From a virus (taxonomy: Duplodnaviria > Caudoviricetes), in the IMG/VR virus record IMGVR_UViG_3300012956_000023, positions 3,493 to 67,492 of that record: 64,000 nucleotides of DNA, one strand, 5' to 3'. Position 1 is the stretch's first letter, and each line of letters begins with the position of its first letter. Below, piece by piece: positions 27,677-37,001 of this stretch. The notes beneath the pieces were generated by a model that saw only the letters and a list, made by a program, of their open reading frames with translations, was not told the DNA's origin and did not search any database. Made by a program: the position numbers and the translations under genes.

Positions 27677-27838
27677 ATGAGTCATTTTTGGATATGGATA
27701 TTAGTTGCACTATTTGTTCTACGTGTAATTTCTAATCTGAACTTTGCCAATCGCAAAGCAGTTCCATTACCAAGTACCTATGCATTTTGGTGTATAATAG
27801 ATCTCGTGTTAATAATATGGTTCTTCACACTATTATAG
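27677..27838 (+). CDS. small two-TM membrane protein
   Basis: AAGGA RBS; MSHFWIWILV. Confidence 0.6.
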   Translation: MSHFWIWILVALFVLRVISNLNFANRKAVPLPSTYAFWCIIDLVLIIWFFTLL

Positions 27839-27847
27839 GTCATATTT

Positions 27848-28054
27848 ATGAGTAATAAACTACCAAAGACGGTATTTGATAAAGTATTAAAAGATCTCGG
27901 ATTTAGGTATAAATCATCCTCCCATAATTATTTAAAGAGTGATGGGGAGACAGTTACTGTGTCGTCTGATCTCACAGGTGACTATGTGTTTATGAATGAT
28001 CGTATAGTAAAGATTCAAGATCCAGCATCACTGAAACGTATTCTACAAGATTAA
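27848..28054 (+). CDS. small protein with MAKLI-family-like domain
   Basis: VLKDLGFRY..Y. Confidence 0.55.
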   Translation: MSNKLPKTVFDKVLKDLGFRYKSSSHNYLKSDGETVTVSSDLTGDYVFMNDRIVKIQDPASLKRILQD

Positions 28055-28065
28055 TTATTAAACTA

Positions 28066-28458
28066 ATGGAGTTCTCGATGGAAGGTCGTTGGGGATTACG
28101 AGCATATGACAGTTTTGTACATTTAGATGCAGAAGTACATAGCACCTGTACATTACGTAAGGGAACTAGAATTTATCAGTTTGTCACGTTAGAAGAGAGT
28201 GTGCGTACCGGAGAATATGTAGAGATTAAGCCTGGAAGTCATGTAGGTAAGAATGCGGAGATAGGAAATGGGGTAATCATTGGAGCGAACTCCACAATTT
28301 ATCCATATGTGACTATCGGTAACAAAGCGTTTATTCGTCCAGGGTCTGTAGTAACTAAAGATGTTCCTGAAGGTCAGACATATGCAGGGAATCCTGCAGT
28401 GCGAGTGATCATTCCAAATGTAAATAATAAACCTGATGAGGAAGATACGTTGGGTTAA
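28066..28458 (+). CDS. hexapeptide-repeat (left-handed beta-helix) acetyltransferase-like protein
   Basis: IGNGVIIGANSTIYPYVTIGNKAFI..VTKDVP..YAGNPA. Confidence 0.8.
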   Translation: MEFSMEGRWGLRAYDSFVHLDAEVHSTCTLRKGTRIYQFVTLEESVRTGEYVEIKPGSHVGKNAEIGNGVIIGANSTIYPYVTIGNKAFIRPGSVVTKDVPEGQTYAGNPAVRVIIPNVNNKPDEEDTLG

Positions 28459-28475
28459 AATAAGGATATATTAAT

Positions 28476-29018
28476 ATGACTGATGAAGAGTTACGAGGGA
28501 TTGTATTCATATCTAACAACGGATCTGATTATATTCCAGATATGATGCAGTATGCGTATAATTTTAAGTTTGCTGGTCCTCAAGTGAAAGATAGTTATCT
28601 AAATCTTGAAGATGAGTCTAAATCATGTCTGCGATTGATCTGTCGTGATGAGTTTAAGCGTGGAGAACGTCTACGTATATTCTCAGTCAGTAATGATAAG
28701 AAAACGATTTACACTGAATACGTGAATGATTCGAAGTATGCTTCTATGGATGAAGTAAGAAAGTACAAGCTATTGACTTTCTTATCTATGAGGATTGGAG
28801 TAAGTGACGATTCTGATTATACGTTTGTCTTCTCTGATGGAGTTCAATGTATATCATTAGTAGAAGCCCTAAATAAAGGTACTAAGTTCTACGGAGCTGC
28901 AGTGCTGCTTGATCTCAATAAGATCAAGGATAATTTTAACGTAGTTGGTACTGACAAGAATACCGGCACTCAGTTTGAATGGATTGTTGAACAAACCTTC
29001 ACTAAGTCAGCTGGGTAA
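28476..29018 (+). CDS. hypothetical protein
   Basis: 180-aa ORF before portal. Confidence 0.6.
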   Translation: MTDEELRGIVFISNNGSDYIPDMMQYAYNFKFAGPQVKDSYLNLEDESKSCLRLICRDEFKRGERLRIFSVSNDKKTIYTEYVNDSKYASMDEVRKYKLLTFLSMRIGVSDDSDYTFVFSDGVQCISLVEALNKGTKFYGAAVLLDLNKIKDNFNVVGTDKNTGTQFEWIVEQTFTKSAG

Positions 29019-29029
29019 TGGAAATATAA

Positions 29030-30721
29030 ATGGAACTTATTCCTCCTATTCAAAAATGGCTCAAGGATATATTCGGTACTAAAGATTTAGGTCCAGAATT
29101 AACTCAAGCCTTAGCTGCGAAGACAGGTTTAGAAACCATCAATATTGATGGTAAGGAAGAACCCTTACCTCCTGGTCTAGATCTTTCAGGTAAAGAATTA
29201 TCTTTTTATAAGTCATGGTTAGAGACGTATAAGACAGAGGATGAGTCTCGCTTATTACGTTATAAGACATATGACATTATGGATCAGAATTCATCTGATG
29301 TACAGTTAATGTTGGATACCTTCCGAGATGAAGCATTATCTGTAGGATTTGTGGAGGAACCAGTAGAAATTAACATTACTGGTAGCAGTAAAGCGAAGAC
29401 TGATATCCTTACAGTACTAGCTGAGAATAAAGTACTTGAGAATAAGTTAGGTGACATACGTTCCATTGCTAAATATGGAGATATGTATAAGCGATTAATT
29501 ATTGAAGGTGATCCTGCGAAACCTACAATTCAAATCGCGAATATGTCTCAATATGAAGTTGAAGTGACATATCTAAAGGAAATAAAGAAGAAACTTGGGT
29601 ATATCATTGATCGTATGAAGAAAGATGCCGCATCTGCTCGAGCGGTAGTTCGTCAACCTGGTGTGGATACTAGATATCGTCTCCAGCCATGGGAGATAGT
29701 TCAGTTCAATATACCTGATAATCAGTATGAACCATATGGTCGATCGATCCTTGAAGCAGTACGAGTTCCATTTGATCAGTTAGTTACAATGGAAGCATTG
29801 TATGCGGTGACTCGTGCTAATAGAGTAGAACGATTGATTGTAAAAATTCCTACGAATGCTACGAACCCTACAAATGCATTCAAGAAATTACAGGAAGTAC
29901 GATCATTCTTTAAGTCAGTCATTCTTGGACAACCAATGACAGGTAGATCAACTATCAATAAAGATATTGGTCTAACTGATATGATTTGGATGCCTGCGGA
30001 TGAAGGATATGAACTAGATAAGATTGCTAGTTCTATTGACGTATCTTCAGATGAAGATGTACGATATTTCTTAGAAAAGTTCATTGCTGCATCTCGTCTA
30101 CCTAAAGGTTTCTTCCTATCAGATCAAGCTACTGATAGAGGATCAATGTTATCGAGTCAAGATCTCAAGTTTGCTCGAGCATTGTTACCTCTCCAGAAAG
30201 CCTATACTGAAGGGCTGACAATGATGTGTACTTATATAGGTACTATTCTTGGACATGATAATTTTGATGTTCAAGTAAATCTATTTAAGCCACCTCAGAT
30301 TAATCGTGAGCAGGTAGAAATGTATGCGGCTCAGATCAATGTAGCTCAATCTCTAATCGGAGCATTCAAATCAGCTGCATTCGAGCAAGATCCAAATGCA
30401 GGTGGTGCAGTCAATGTAACTCCTGATACGTTTGTGACTGTCCTAGAAAAGTTAGGAATTCCTGAGCCTATCTTGGATGTACTTCGTAGTGCCGAAATGG
30501 TACAGCAGATTCCTACTGAAAGTGTGAAGGAAACTGTAAAGAAAGTTCTAGAATCTCCAGCTCGAGCTATTGCAGTATCTTCTAGGTCAAGTGAGATGTT
30601 TACTAAGTCTCATTTGAAGGTGCTTCGTGAGTCTTATGTAAGTTCATTTACTAAGTTACAGAAGCAATCTAAAAAATCGAATAAGGTAGAAGTAACTACT
30701 TCGATAGTAGAGAAGAAATAA
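29030..30721 (+). CDS. portal protein (T4 gp20-like)
   Basis: YGRSILEAVR..QL..MEA..V.R..R, DVRYF.EK..A..LPKGF, QDLKFAR; upstream of protease and MCP. Confidence 0.9.
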   Translation: MELIPPIQKWLKDIFGTKDLGPELTQALAAKTGLETINIDGKEEPLPPGLDLSGKELSFYKSWLETYKTEDESRLLRYKTYDIMDQNSSDVQLMLDTFRDEALSVGFVEEPVEINITGSSKAKTDILTVLAENKVLENKLGDIRSIAKYGDMYKRLIIEGDPAKPTIQIANMSQYEVEVTYLKEIKKKLGYIIDRMKKDAASARAVVRQPGVDTRYRLQPWEIVQFNIPDNQYEPYGRSILEAVRVPFDQLVTMEALYAVTRANRVERLIVKIPTNATNPTNAFKKLQEVRSFFKSVILGQPMTGRSTINKDIGLTDMIWMPADEGYELDKIASSIDVSSDEDVRYFLEKFIAASRLPKGFFLSDQATDRGSMLSSQDLKFARALLPLQKAYTEGLTMMCTYIGTILGHDNFDVQVNLFKPPQINREQVEMYAAQINVAQSLIGAFKSAAFEQDPNAGGAVNVTPDTFVTVLEKLGIPEPILDVLRSAEMVQQIPTESVKETVKKVLESPARAIAVSSRSSEMFTKSHLKVLRESYVSSFTKLQKQSKKSNKVEVTTSIVEKK

Positions 30722-30723
30722 TT

Positions 30724-31089
30724 ATGAGTGATTCAATTCTATCTCCTAAAGTATTTAAGTTCAGTCGTATAACTGAGACTTTAGTACTTCAGGAATCAGT
30801 AGCTGAAGATCTGAATGACCTGGTGGATATCTTTCTAGTACGTAATCTTTTAGAATGTCATTTACCACCAGACTCATATCAGAATGCACTCGATAATTTA
30901 TTTGGATATAAGCCCATCCTCGTTGATCTTGGGGAGCGGGTAGTGTATGGTATTGAAACTCCTTCTGGTGAAGAAGTGTATGATCAATATCGTCGAGATC
31001 ATATTTATACTAGAGCTCCTCTGCGTGAAGGGGAGTATGAAATACTATCAGGAGACATTCATGTCAGCACTAGACCACTCCCAAACTAA
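30724..31089 (+). CDS. hypothetical head-region protein
   Basis: LVLQES-type motifs. Confidence 0.6.
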   Translation: MSDSILSPKVFKFSRITETLVLQESVAEDLNDLVDIFLVRNLLECHLPPDSYQNALDNLFGYKPILVDLGERVVYGIETPSGEEVYDQYRRDHIYTRAPLREGEYEILSGDIHVSTRPLPN

Positions 31090-31465
31090 TGAGCCTATTG
31101 ATCTGTCGTTAATGCAATTATGTCGTGTACGGTTTCGATTCATTATAGGTAATACTAAATCATCTAGAATGTCGAAGCTATTCTTTGTATATTGTAATAA
31201 ATGGTCTGCACTAATGGTGAAAGTGCAGGCGAATAAAGATATCACTGTGTATGAACATTTACCAGAACTTCGTAAATTGATTACTAAGGATACTAAGGTA
31301 TCGGACATTATTCAGTATGTAGAGCACTTTAATTCTGAAGAACTCAACATGTTGATGAATGCCCAGCCATTATTCAACATTGCTCCGTTAGACCTCAAGT
31401 GTTACATTCTTGCAGTACTCGGTCTCCGCCCATTCCATTTCGAGACGAAGACCGAATCGGTATAA
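31043..31465 (+). CDS. hypothetical protein (start uncertain; track ORF begins 30947)
   Basis: coding-like frame from MKYYQETF. Confidence 0.45.
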   Translation, partial: YYQETFMSALDHSQTNEPIDLSLMQLCRVRFRFIIGNTKSSRMSKLFFVYCNKWSALMVKVQANKDITVYEHLPELRKLITKDTKVSDIIQYVEHFNSEELNMLMNAQPLFNIAPLDLKCYILAVLGLRPFHFETKTESV

Positions 31466-31499
31466 TATAGTTCATATTAGTTTCCCTGAAGGATTTATA

Positions 31500-33494
31500 A
31501 TGTCAGATTTAATTCTACTTCGTGAGTCAGGAATAGCTATTGATTTTTCAAAAGTACAGTTATCCGAGGCTATTCTTGAGTCTACAAATGATAAGGGTAT
31601 GTACCTGACACTTCCGGTATGTATTCTTGATAAGCCTACTGCGAATAAGCGTACGTATACTTCTGAGATGATGTCAAAATCAATTCAGGAGGCTGCTACT
31701 GCTATTGCCGGACGTCGTCTGTTATGTTCTGCTGATGATCATCCTCAGGGAACTCACGTAGCTCCTATCCATGCATCCCACATCGTTATTGAGGCATGGG
31801 TGGATAATGGAGTACTATGGAATAAATGGTTTATCCTTGATACTGATAATGGACGTAATCTCCAAGCATTGATCAGAGGACGTGCCTCAGTTGGAACATC
31901 GATTCGTGGTCTTGGGTCTATGTCTCGATTGAATCATGTTGAGAATTATCAGTACTTAGGAACTGATGCGGTAGGAAATCCTGCTGCTGGTACGTATGCT
32001 CTACCAGGTGTTGAGGGTGTGAAGGTAGAAGTATGTGAGTCTGCAGAAAGTTTTCTTGAAGCTGCTGACCCTGAATATGTAAAAGGAATTGAAGACACTG
32101 TTAAAAATTATGGATTTAAGTATAGTCATCAAGATGATGTAACTAATGTTCATTATTTTAGACATCCTGATGGATCAAAAGTATTAGCTGGTACTAAAGG
32201 GTGGAAGTGGCTTGATAAAAATGGAGGTAATGCTCTAAAAGGTCAAGAATATGATACTTTAGAACGTCATCTTCGTACTATGCATAAAGGAACTCAGAAA
32301 GAATCTGCTGATGAATCTGTAAGTCTTCCAGGTGTAGGTGAAGTCACTGTTGGTACTGTTCTGCAATATAAAGGTCTGGAATGGAAAGTAGAGAGTATTG
32401 TAACCTCTGGTGATCTATGGAAACTTACATTAGTTAATACTACGAACTCAATGATGAATACTTGGCTGAGATCTGAGGATATTCCTAATCCAGCTTCACA
32501 AATGGTTATAATAGCAGAATCTAAAGGAAATGTAATGTCTAAAGTTCAGAATTACCTTGATAAGATTAATGAAGCTGCATCGAAGTTAGCGGGTATCACT
32601 CAGAAGTCAAATTCTAAGCATGATCAGTTGAAGTTTATCTCTATGTTTGAATCTGATCTGTCGAATGCGAAGGATTTATCAGGTGAAGAGTTAAAGGGTG
32701 TGCTTGAGCAATGGGAGTCTCTAAAAGTAGAAGCATGTAAGCCAAAACCTGCATCAACAATTGATGATCAGATGAGTCAATTGAAGGGTACAGTGTCTGA
32801 GCTCACTTCGTTAGTTCATCAAGTGTTGAATAATAAATTGTCTCAGGTGAATGAAGAAGAGCAGAAGCAGATTGCAGTAATGCGTCAATTCTATAGCTTT
32901 GATGATCGTAAGGTCAAGGAAGCATTGAGTGCGTATAGTGCACACAAGGATGATCCAAAGTCATTCGCTGAAGAATTGATTTCTCGATTAGGTGTACAGG
33001 TTGGTGGAGTCAATTTAAATCAATTATTTGATGACTTGACTGACGCTGCTGGTGATTATCAACATACTGGAGTTCCAGCTGTAGCTCAGAACTTAGTTAC
33101 TTCTGAGAGGGTGGAAGAATTACAGGCGGAGAATGCTGAATATGAAGCATTGTTAGATGAATTCGTAACTAAAGTAGATTCAGGTGAATTGTTATCTAAG
33201 GAATTTGTTGTAGAACAGATGACTAAGGTAATTACTGAATCACGTAATACTATTCGCAGACATCAGGTTCGTGAAGCACTAGCTGTTGAAGTAGCAGTTG
33301 AGACGATTATCAAGTCTACTCTAAATAGCAAGAAGTTGGCTGAGAGCAATAAGCAGAATGCTCAATTGGTCGAGGCACTTACGGTCATAATAAATAACCT
33401 TCGTGAGTCCTTACTTAAGAAGGAAGGTAAAATAATTGCTACTGATTATACTAAAGATAAGAAAACGTTTATCCCTGGGCGTACTACTCGATAA
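31500..33494 (+). CDS. prohead protease (gp21-like) fused to a long scaffold/core region
   Basis: DDHP (catalytic His) and GTSIRGLGS (Ser motif, cf. gp21 SSRGLGS); acidic coiled-coil C-terminal half; ATG 31500 with GAAGGA RBS. Confidence 0.85.
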   Translation: MSDLILLRESGIAIDFSKVQLSEAILESTNDKGMYLTLPVCILDKPTANKRTYTSEMMSKSIQEAATAIAGRRLLCSADDHPQGTHVAPIHASHIVIEAWVDNGVLWNKWFILDTDNGRNLQALIRGRASVGTSIRGLGSMSRLNHVENYQYLGTDAVGNPAAGTYALPGVEGVKVEVCESAESFLEAADPEYVKGIEDTVKNYGFKYSHQDDVTNVHYFRHPDGSKVLAGTKGWKWLDKNGGNALKGQEYDTLERHLRTMHKGTQKESADESVSLPGVGEVTVGTVLQYKGLEWKVESIVTSGDLWKLTLVNTTNSMMNTWLRSEDIPNPASQMVIIAESKGNVMSKVQNYLDKINEAASKLAGITQKSNSKHDQLKFISMFESDLSNAKDLSGEELKGVLEQWESLKVEACKPKPASTIDDQMSQLKGTVSELTSLVHQVLNNKLSQVNEEEQKQIAVMRQFYSFDDRKVKEALSAYSAHKDDPKSFAEELISRLGVQVGGVNLNQLFDDLTDAAGDYQHTGVPAVAQNLVTSERVEELQAENAEYEALLDEFVTKVDSGELLSKEFVVEQMTKVITESRNTIRRHQVREALAVEVAVETIIKSTLNSKKLAESNKQNAQLVEALTVIINNLRESLLKKEGKIIATDYTKDKKTFIPGRTTR

Positions 33495-33529
33495 GAGTTA
33501 CAGGGAATTGGTTCGAGAAAGAGGATTAT

Positions 33530-33850
33530 ATGAGTGTAATGAAAGCTCTTTTAAATGAGAAGTCAAATCAGTCAGTTGAGGAATTTAAGCAGAATGTGAT
33601 TACCGAGGGAGTTCGTATTTTCGAATCCGGAGTAGATTCACCATTCAAGATGAGTTCCTTGAAGGAAGATAATCAGTTGCAGAGCTTGTTTGAATCAACA
33701 AACGAGAAGGATCAGAAGCGAGCGGCATTAACATGTATCGCTTTGGAGAATCAGGCTGCATGGTTGCATGGAGTTATTAAGAACTACGGCGAAGCTACTG
33801 TTATGGGTAGCTTGGGTGCTCTTACTCCTAAGATCATGGACGTGGTGCGT
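33530..33850 (+). CDS. major capsid protein exon 1 (107 codons)
   Basis: ends ...TPKIMDVVR at U33850, which pairs with the intron IGS. Confidence 0.9.
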
Positions 33851-35012
33851 TACTAACTTGGTTCGGGTAGACCAATATGCGCACAAAAAATCCCGTGAAT
33901 TGCTGGAAACTCCTATAGAGCCATAGACGCTAATATAACAGGAAACTGGTATAAAGTAAAGTTCTATGGATTGGACAATCAGCAGCCAAGCTCCTGTGAC
34001 GAAAGTCTGGAGAAGGCCCAGAGACTAGTGAAGAGATTATACTATGATTACTTGTCTTATTTGTAATAAAGAATTAAGTATTTTATGTAGCCACCTTAAA
34101 AGGATTCATAAAATTTCTAAAGAAGATTATGTATTAAAGTTTCCAGGCGCACAAATAATTAGTGAGGAAGAAACTTTAAGAAGGTCTAATTCAAATTACA
34201 AATTATGGGCAAGTCGTACTGAGGAGGAAAAGTCTAAGGCAGGTAAGATTAGAAGACAAGGATGGACTAATGAATCTCATATAAATATGGTTCAGTCTAA
34301 ATTGTCTTATTATCAGACTTTGTCTAGTGAAGAAAGAATTAAGCTTCTTGAAAAGATGAATACTATGTCTATTAATTTTCATAATTCTCCAAAATATGAA
34401 GTCAATAGGCTAGTAAGAAATAATCATATTTCAGAAGGTCATCTTAGAAATGTACAAAGAGATTCGAGTCAATATGTAAAGAGAATGTTGAATGCAAATT
34501 CTAAAATGCATTATTGGCTTAGAACTTGTTCAGAAGATGAACTTAGTTCTTTTCTTAAAAGATCTTTCTTAAAACCTCCAAAGCTTAGTACTTTTGAATA
34601 TAAAGGAAAAGCTTATAAAGTACGCTCTTCTTATGAAAAGCTAGTGCTTAAAGTTCTTGTTGATTTTAACTTGAATTTTAAGTATGAAGTATGCTTAAAA
34701 CGGCCTGATGGTCGTAGGTATATGGCTGACTTCATAGTAGAAGATAAGTTATGTTTAGAGCCTAAGTCTATTTATTATGTAGAAGCTCAAGGTGGTGAAT
34801 ACGATTTAGGTATGAAGAGATTAGCTGCTGAAAATAAGAACTATAAATTTGTTCTTTTAACAGAAGTTGAAATCTTTAAATGTAACTTAAAAGAAATTAT
34901 AAGATCTCTTTGCCACGAGTGCGGGATACAGATTAAGGAATCTGTAATGATATAGTCCGAACTCATATGAAAGTATGAGAAGACAAGATAAAGAACTTGT
35001 CGTTAACATTTG
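33851..35012 (+). mobile_element. group I intron 1 in MCP (1162 nt)
   Basis: P AATTGCTGGAAAC 33898, Q AATCAGCAGCC 33977, R ..GAGACTA 34016-27, S GATATAGTCC 34949; P1 GUGCGU/GCGCAC; P10 AAUAU/AUAUU; terminal G. Confidence 0.93.
34044..34955 (+). CDS. intron-encoded homing endonuclease (Zn finger + PD-(D/E)XK, TnsA-like)
   Basis: CLIC..HLKRIH; RSSYEK..FKYE..YMADF..LEPK. Confidence 0.8.
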   Translation: MITCLICNKELSILCSHLKRIHKISKEDYVLKFPGAQIISEEETLRRSNSNYKLWASRTEEEKSKAGKIRRQGWTNESHINMVQSKLSYYQTLSSEERIKLLEKMNTMSINFHNSPKYEVNRLVRNNHISEGHLRNVQRDSSQYVKRMLNANSKMHYWLRTCSEDELSSFLKRSFLKPPKLSTFEYKGKAYKVRSSYEKLVLKVLVDFNLNFKYEVCLKRPDGRRYMADFIVEDKLCLEPKSIYYVEAQGGEYDLGMKRLAAENKNYKFVLLTEVEIFKCNLKEIIRSLCHECGIQIKESVMI

Positions 35013-35024
35013 ATATTTTATCCT
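35013..35024 (+). CDS. major capsid protein exon 2 (12 nt, IFYP)
   Basis: ATATTTTATCCT between the terminal G of intron 1 and P1 of intron 2. Confidence 0.88.
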
Positions 35025-35993
35025 CAGGAAGTAGCATTTAGCTAACTGATTAGGGATAGTAAAACGGGTTGAATTGCTGGGAGGTCCTTAGAACTGTGGA
35101 AGCTACAACGCAGATGGAAACGTCAATCGTGAATGCCGAAAATCTCCACGGATTGGATAATCAGCAGCTAAGCTCCTGTAGTGAAAACTTGGAGCCAGTT
35201 CAACGACTAACTGATTTATCGTATGATAGTAAGAACGATCTAGTTATCTGCAGATTATGTGGTGTAACTAGACGTAAGCTGTACTTTCATCTTCGTTGCG
35301 ATCATAATTTATCTCAACAGGAATATCTTAAACAATTTCCTGGTGCGAAACTGTTTTCTAATTTAGAAATGAATTATAGAAAAGGTTTCTTAGATAAAGG
35401 TCGTAATTTAGATACTACGACAAGATTGAAGACGAATGAAATTCTTAGTAATCGTACAAAAGAGTTTCATAAATCTTTTTGGACTTCGAATAATCCTGAG
35501 GTTCTAGATCGTCGTAGAAAATTAAGTAAAGCTGGACAAACAAGTGTTCGTAGTCAATGTCGGTTTAAGCAATATGAATATCAAGGAATAACGTATAAAT
35601 TACGAAGTAATTTAGAATTCGTATTTATTCAGTTTTTAATTGATAATCAAATTGAGTATCAATATGAACCGTTTATTCTAGAAATTGGTGAAGTATCTAC
35701 TACTCCTGATTTTTATTTACCGAAGTACAATTTGGTAATAGAATGTAAAGGTTCCTATTGGTATAGAAAACGTCAAGAAATGTATGATAAAGTGATTGCT
35801 GGAGTTAAAGCAATTCATAATTATAATTACTTGATGTTAATTGATGTTGAAACGAAACCGAGTTTGCAATTGTTATTAGATAAATTGGACACGAGTAGCT
35901 CGGCAGTTCTCTATACAGAGGATTGTGTGATATAGTCTGAACTATCTAGAGATAGATAGATGATAGGATAAAGAGCCTATCGATAACAAAATG
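35025..35993 (+). mobile_element. group I intron 2 in MCP (969 nt)
   Basis: P 35072, Q 35159, R GTTCAACGACTA 35198, S 35929; P1 UAUCCU/GGGAUA; P10 UGAUU/AAUCA; terminal G. Confidence 0.93.
35069..35935 (+). CDS. intron-encoded homing endonuclease (Zn finger + PD-(D/E)XK); start uncertain
   Basis: CRLC..HLRCDH; RSNLE..YQYEP..TPDF..IECK. Confidence 0.8.
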   Translation: MNCWEVLRTVEATTQMETSIVNAENLHGLDNQQLSSCSENLEPVQRLTDLSYDSKNDLVICRLCGVTRRKLYFHLRCDHNLSQQEYLKQFPGAKLFSNLEMNYRKGFLDKGRNLDTTTRLKTNEILSNRTKEFHKSFWTSNNPEVLDRRRKLSKAGQTSVRSQCRFKQYEYQGITYKLRSNLEFVFIQFLIDNQIEYQYEPFILEIGEVSTTPDFYLPKYNLVIECKGSYWYRKRQEMYDKVIAGVKAIHNYNYLMLIDVETKPSLQLLLDKLDTSSSAVLYTEDCVI

Positions 35994-37001
35994 AATCAAG
36001 TAGCTCACTTGTTAACTGATATTCAACCTCTGACTCAGCAAACTGGTCAGATCTTCATCATCAAGCCAAAGTATTCACAGACAGCTGGTGGTGTGACAAA
36101 GGGTCAGGAAGTCTTCAAGAATATGTCTGATGGTACATACGCATCAGAGAAGATGACTGTAACTCTTGGTACAGGTAACGCATCTTTAGTCAACTTCGTA
36201 GGATCCCTCCAGGCTCCTGTGAAGCGTGATGGTACTGTGATCATTAAGCGTGCAGGTACGAAGGTAGCTGCTGATAATGGTCTTGGTGCTATCCTTGGTA
36301 CTGACGGTGCTGCTACTATCTCTGGTACAGTGAACTATGATACTGGTGCCATTGCTGTTCTTTGGTCAGCTGCTCCTGCAACTGGTGCGGTAACTGTTGA
36401 GTTCTTGGCTGATTCCGAAATCAACGTAAGCTTGATTCGTGAGTTGGAAATTTCTCTCGACATGGTGCCTGTGCGTGCACAAGAGCATCCATTGAAGGTA
36501 AAATGGAGCATCACAGCTCAGTTAGCTGCTCAGGCTCACCTGGGTATTGACATTGGTGATACGCTTACTGACTTAGCCGCACAGTTCGTGCGTGTTGAGC
36601 GTGATAAGCTGGTTATCGATGCTATTGCAAATAGTGCAACAGCTGACTCAGTGTTGAACTTCACTGCATCACAAAACGTAAACATTCCTAAGTGGCAGAC
36701 ATTCCAGGAAATCGAGTTGAAGCTGAATGCTGGTGAATCTAACATTCAGACAGCTAACGGTAACCGTGGAGGTGTCAGCTGGATCGTAGGTGGACAGAAC
36801 GCATGTAACATTTGGCGTACTGTTCGTGGATTCCAGGCGGATACGCCAAAGAACCCAATCGGTGCCCATAAGATCGGTACCCTTCGCGATGGCGATGTGG
36901 ATGTGATCAAGGCTCCGTTCCTAGATACCGATAAGTATGTAATCGGATTCAAGGGTTATATGCCTGGAGATAGTGCTATGATTCTTGCGGAGTGGATCCC
37001 T
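35994..37001 (+). CDS. major capsid protein exon 3 (336 codons)
   Basis: DIQPLTQQTGQIF, V.A..H.LK.KWS.TAQ, E....VIDAI, IGFKG; T4 gp23/HK97-fold motifs. Confidence 0.92.

Noticed and set aside
33530-33856. 108-aa stand-alone gene, and a separate 352-aa MCP starting at ATG 35991
   Set aside because: Both are intron artefacts: the Tyr-stop lies in intron 1, the G of ATG 35991-93 is intron 2's terminal G, and EMNTNGAHAGNCLLN is intron 3 sequence
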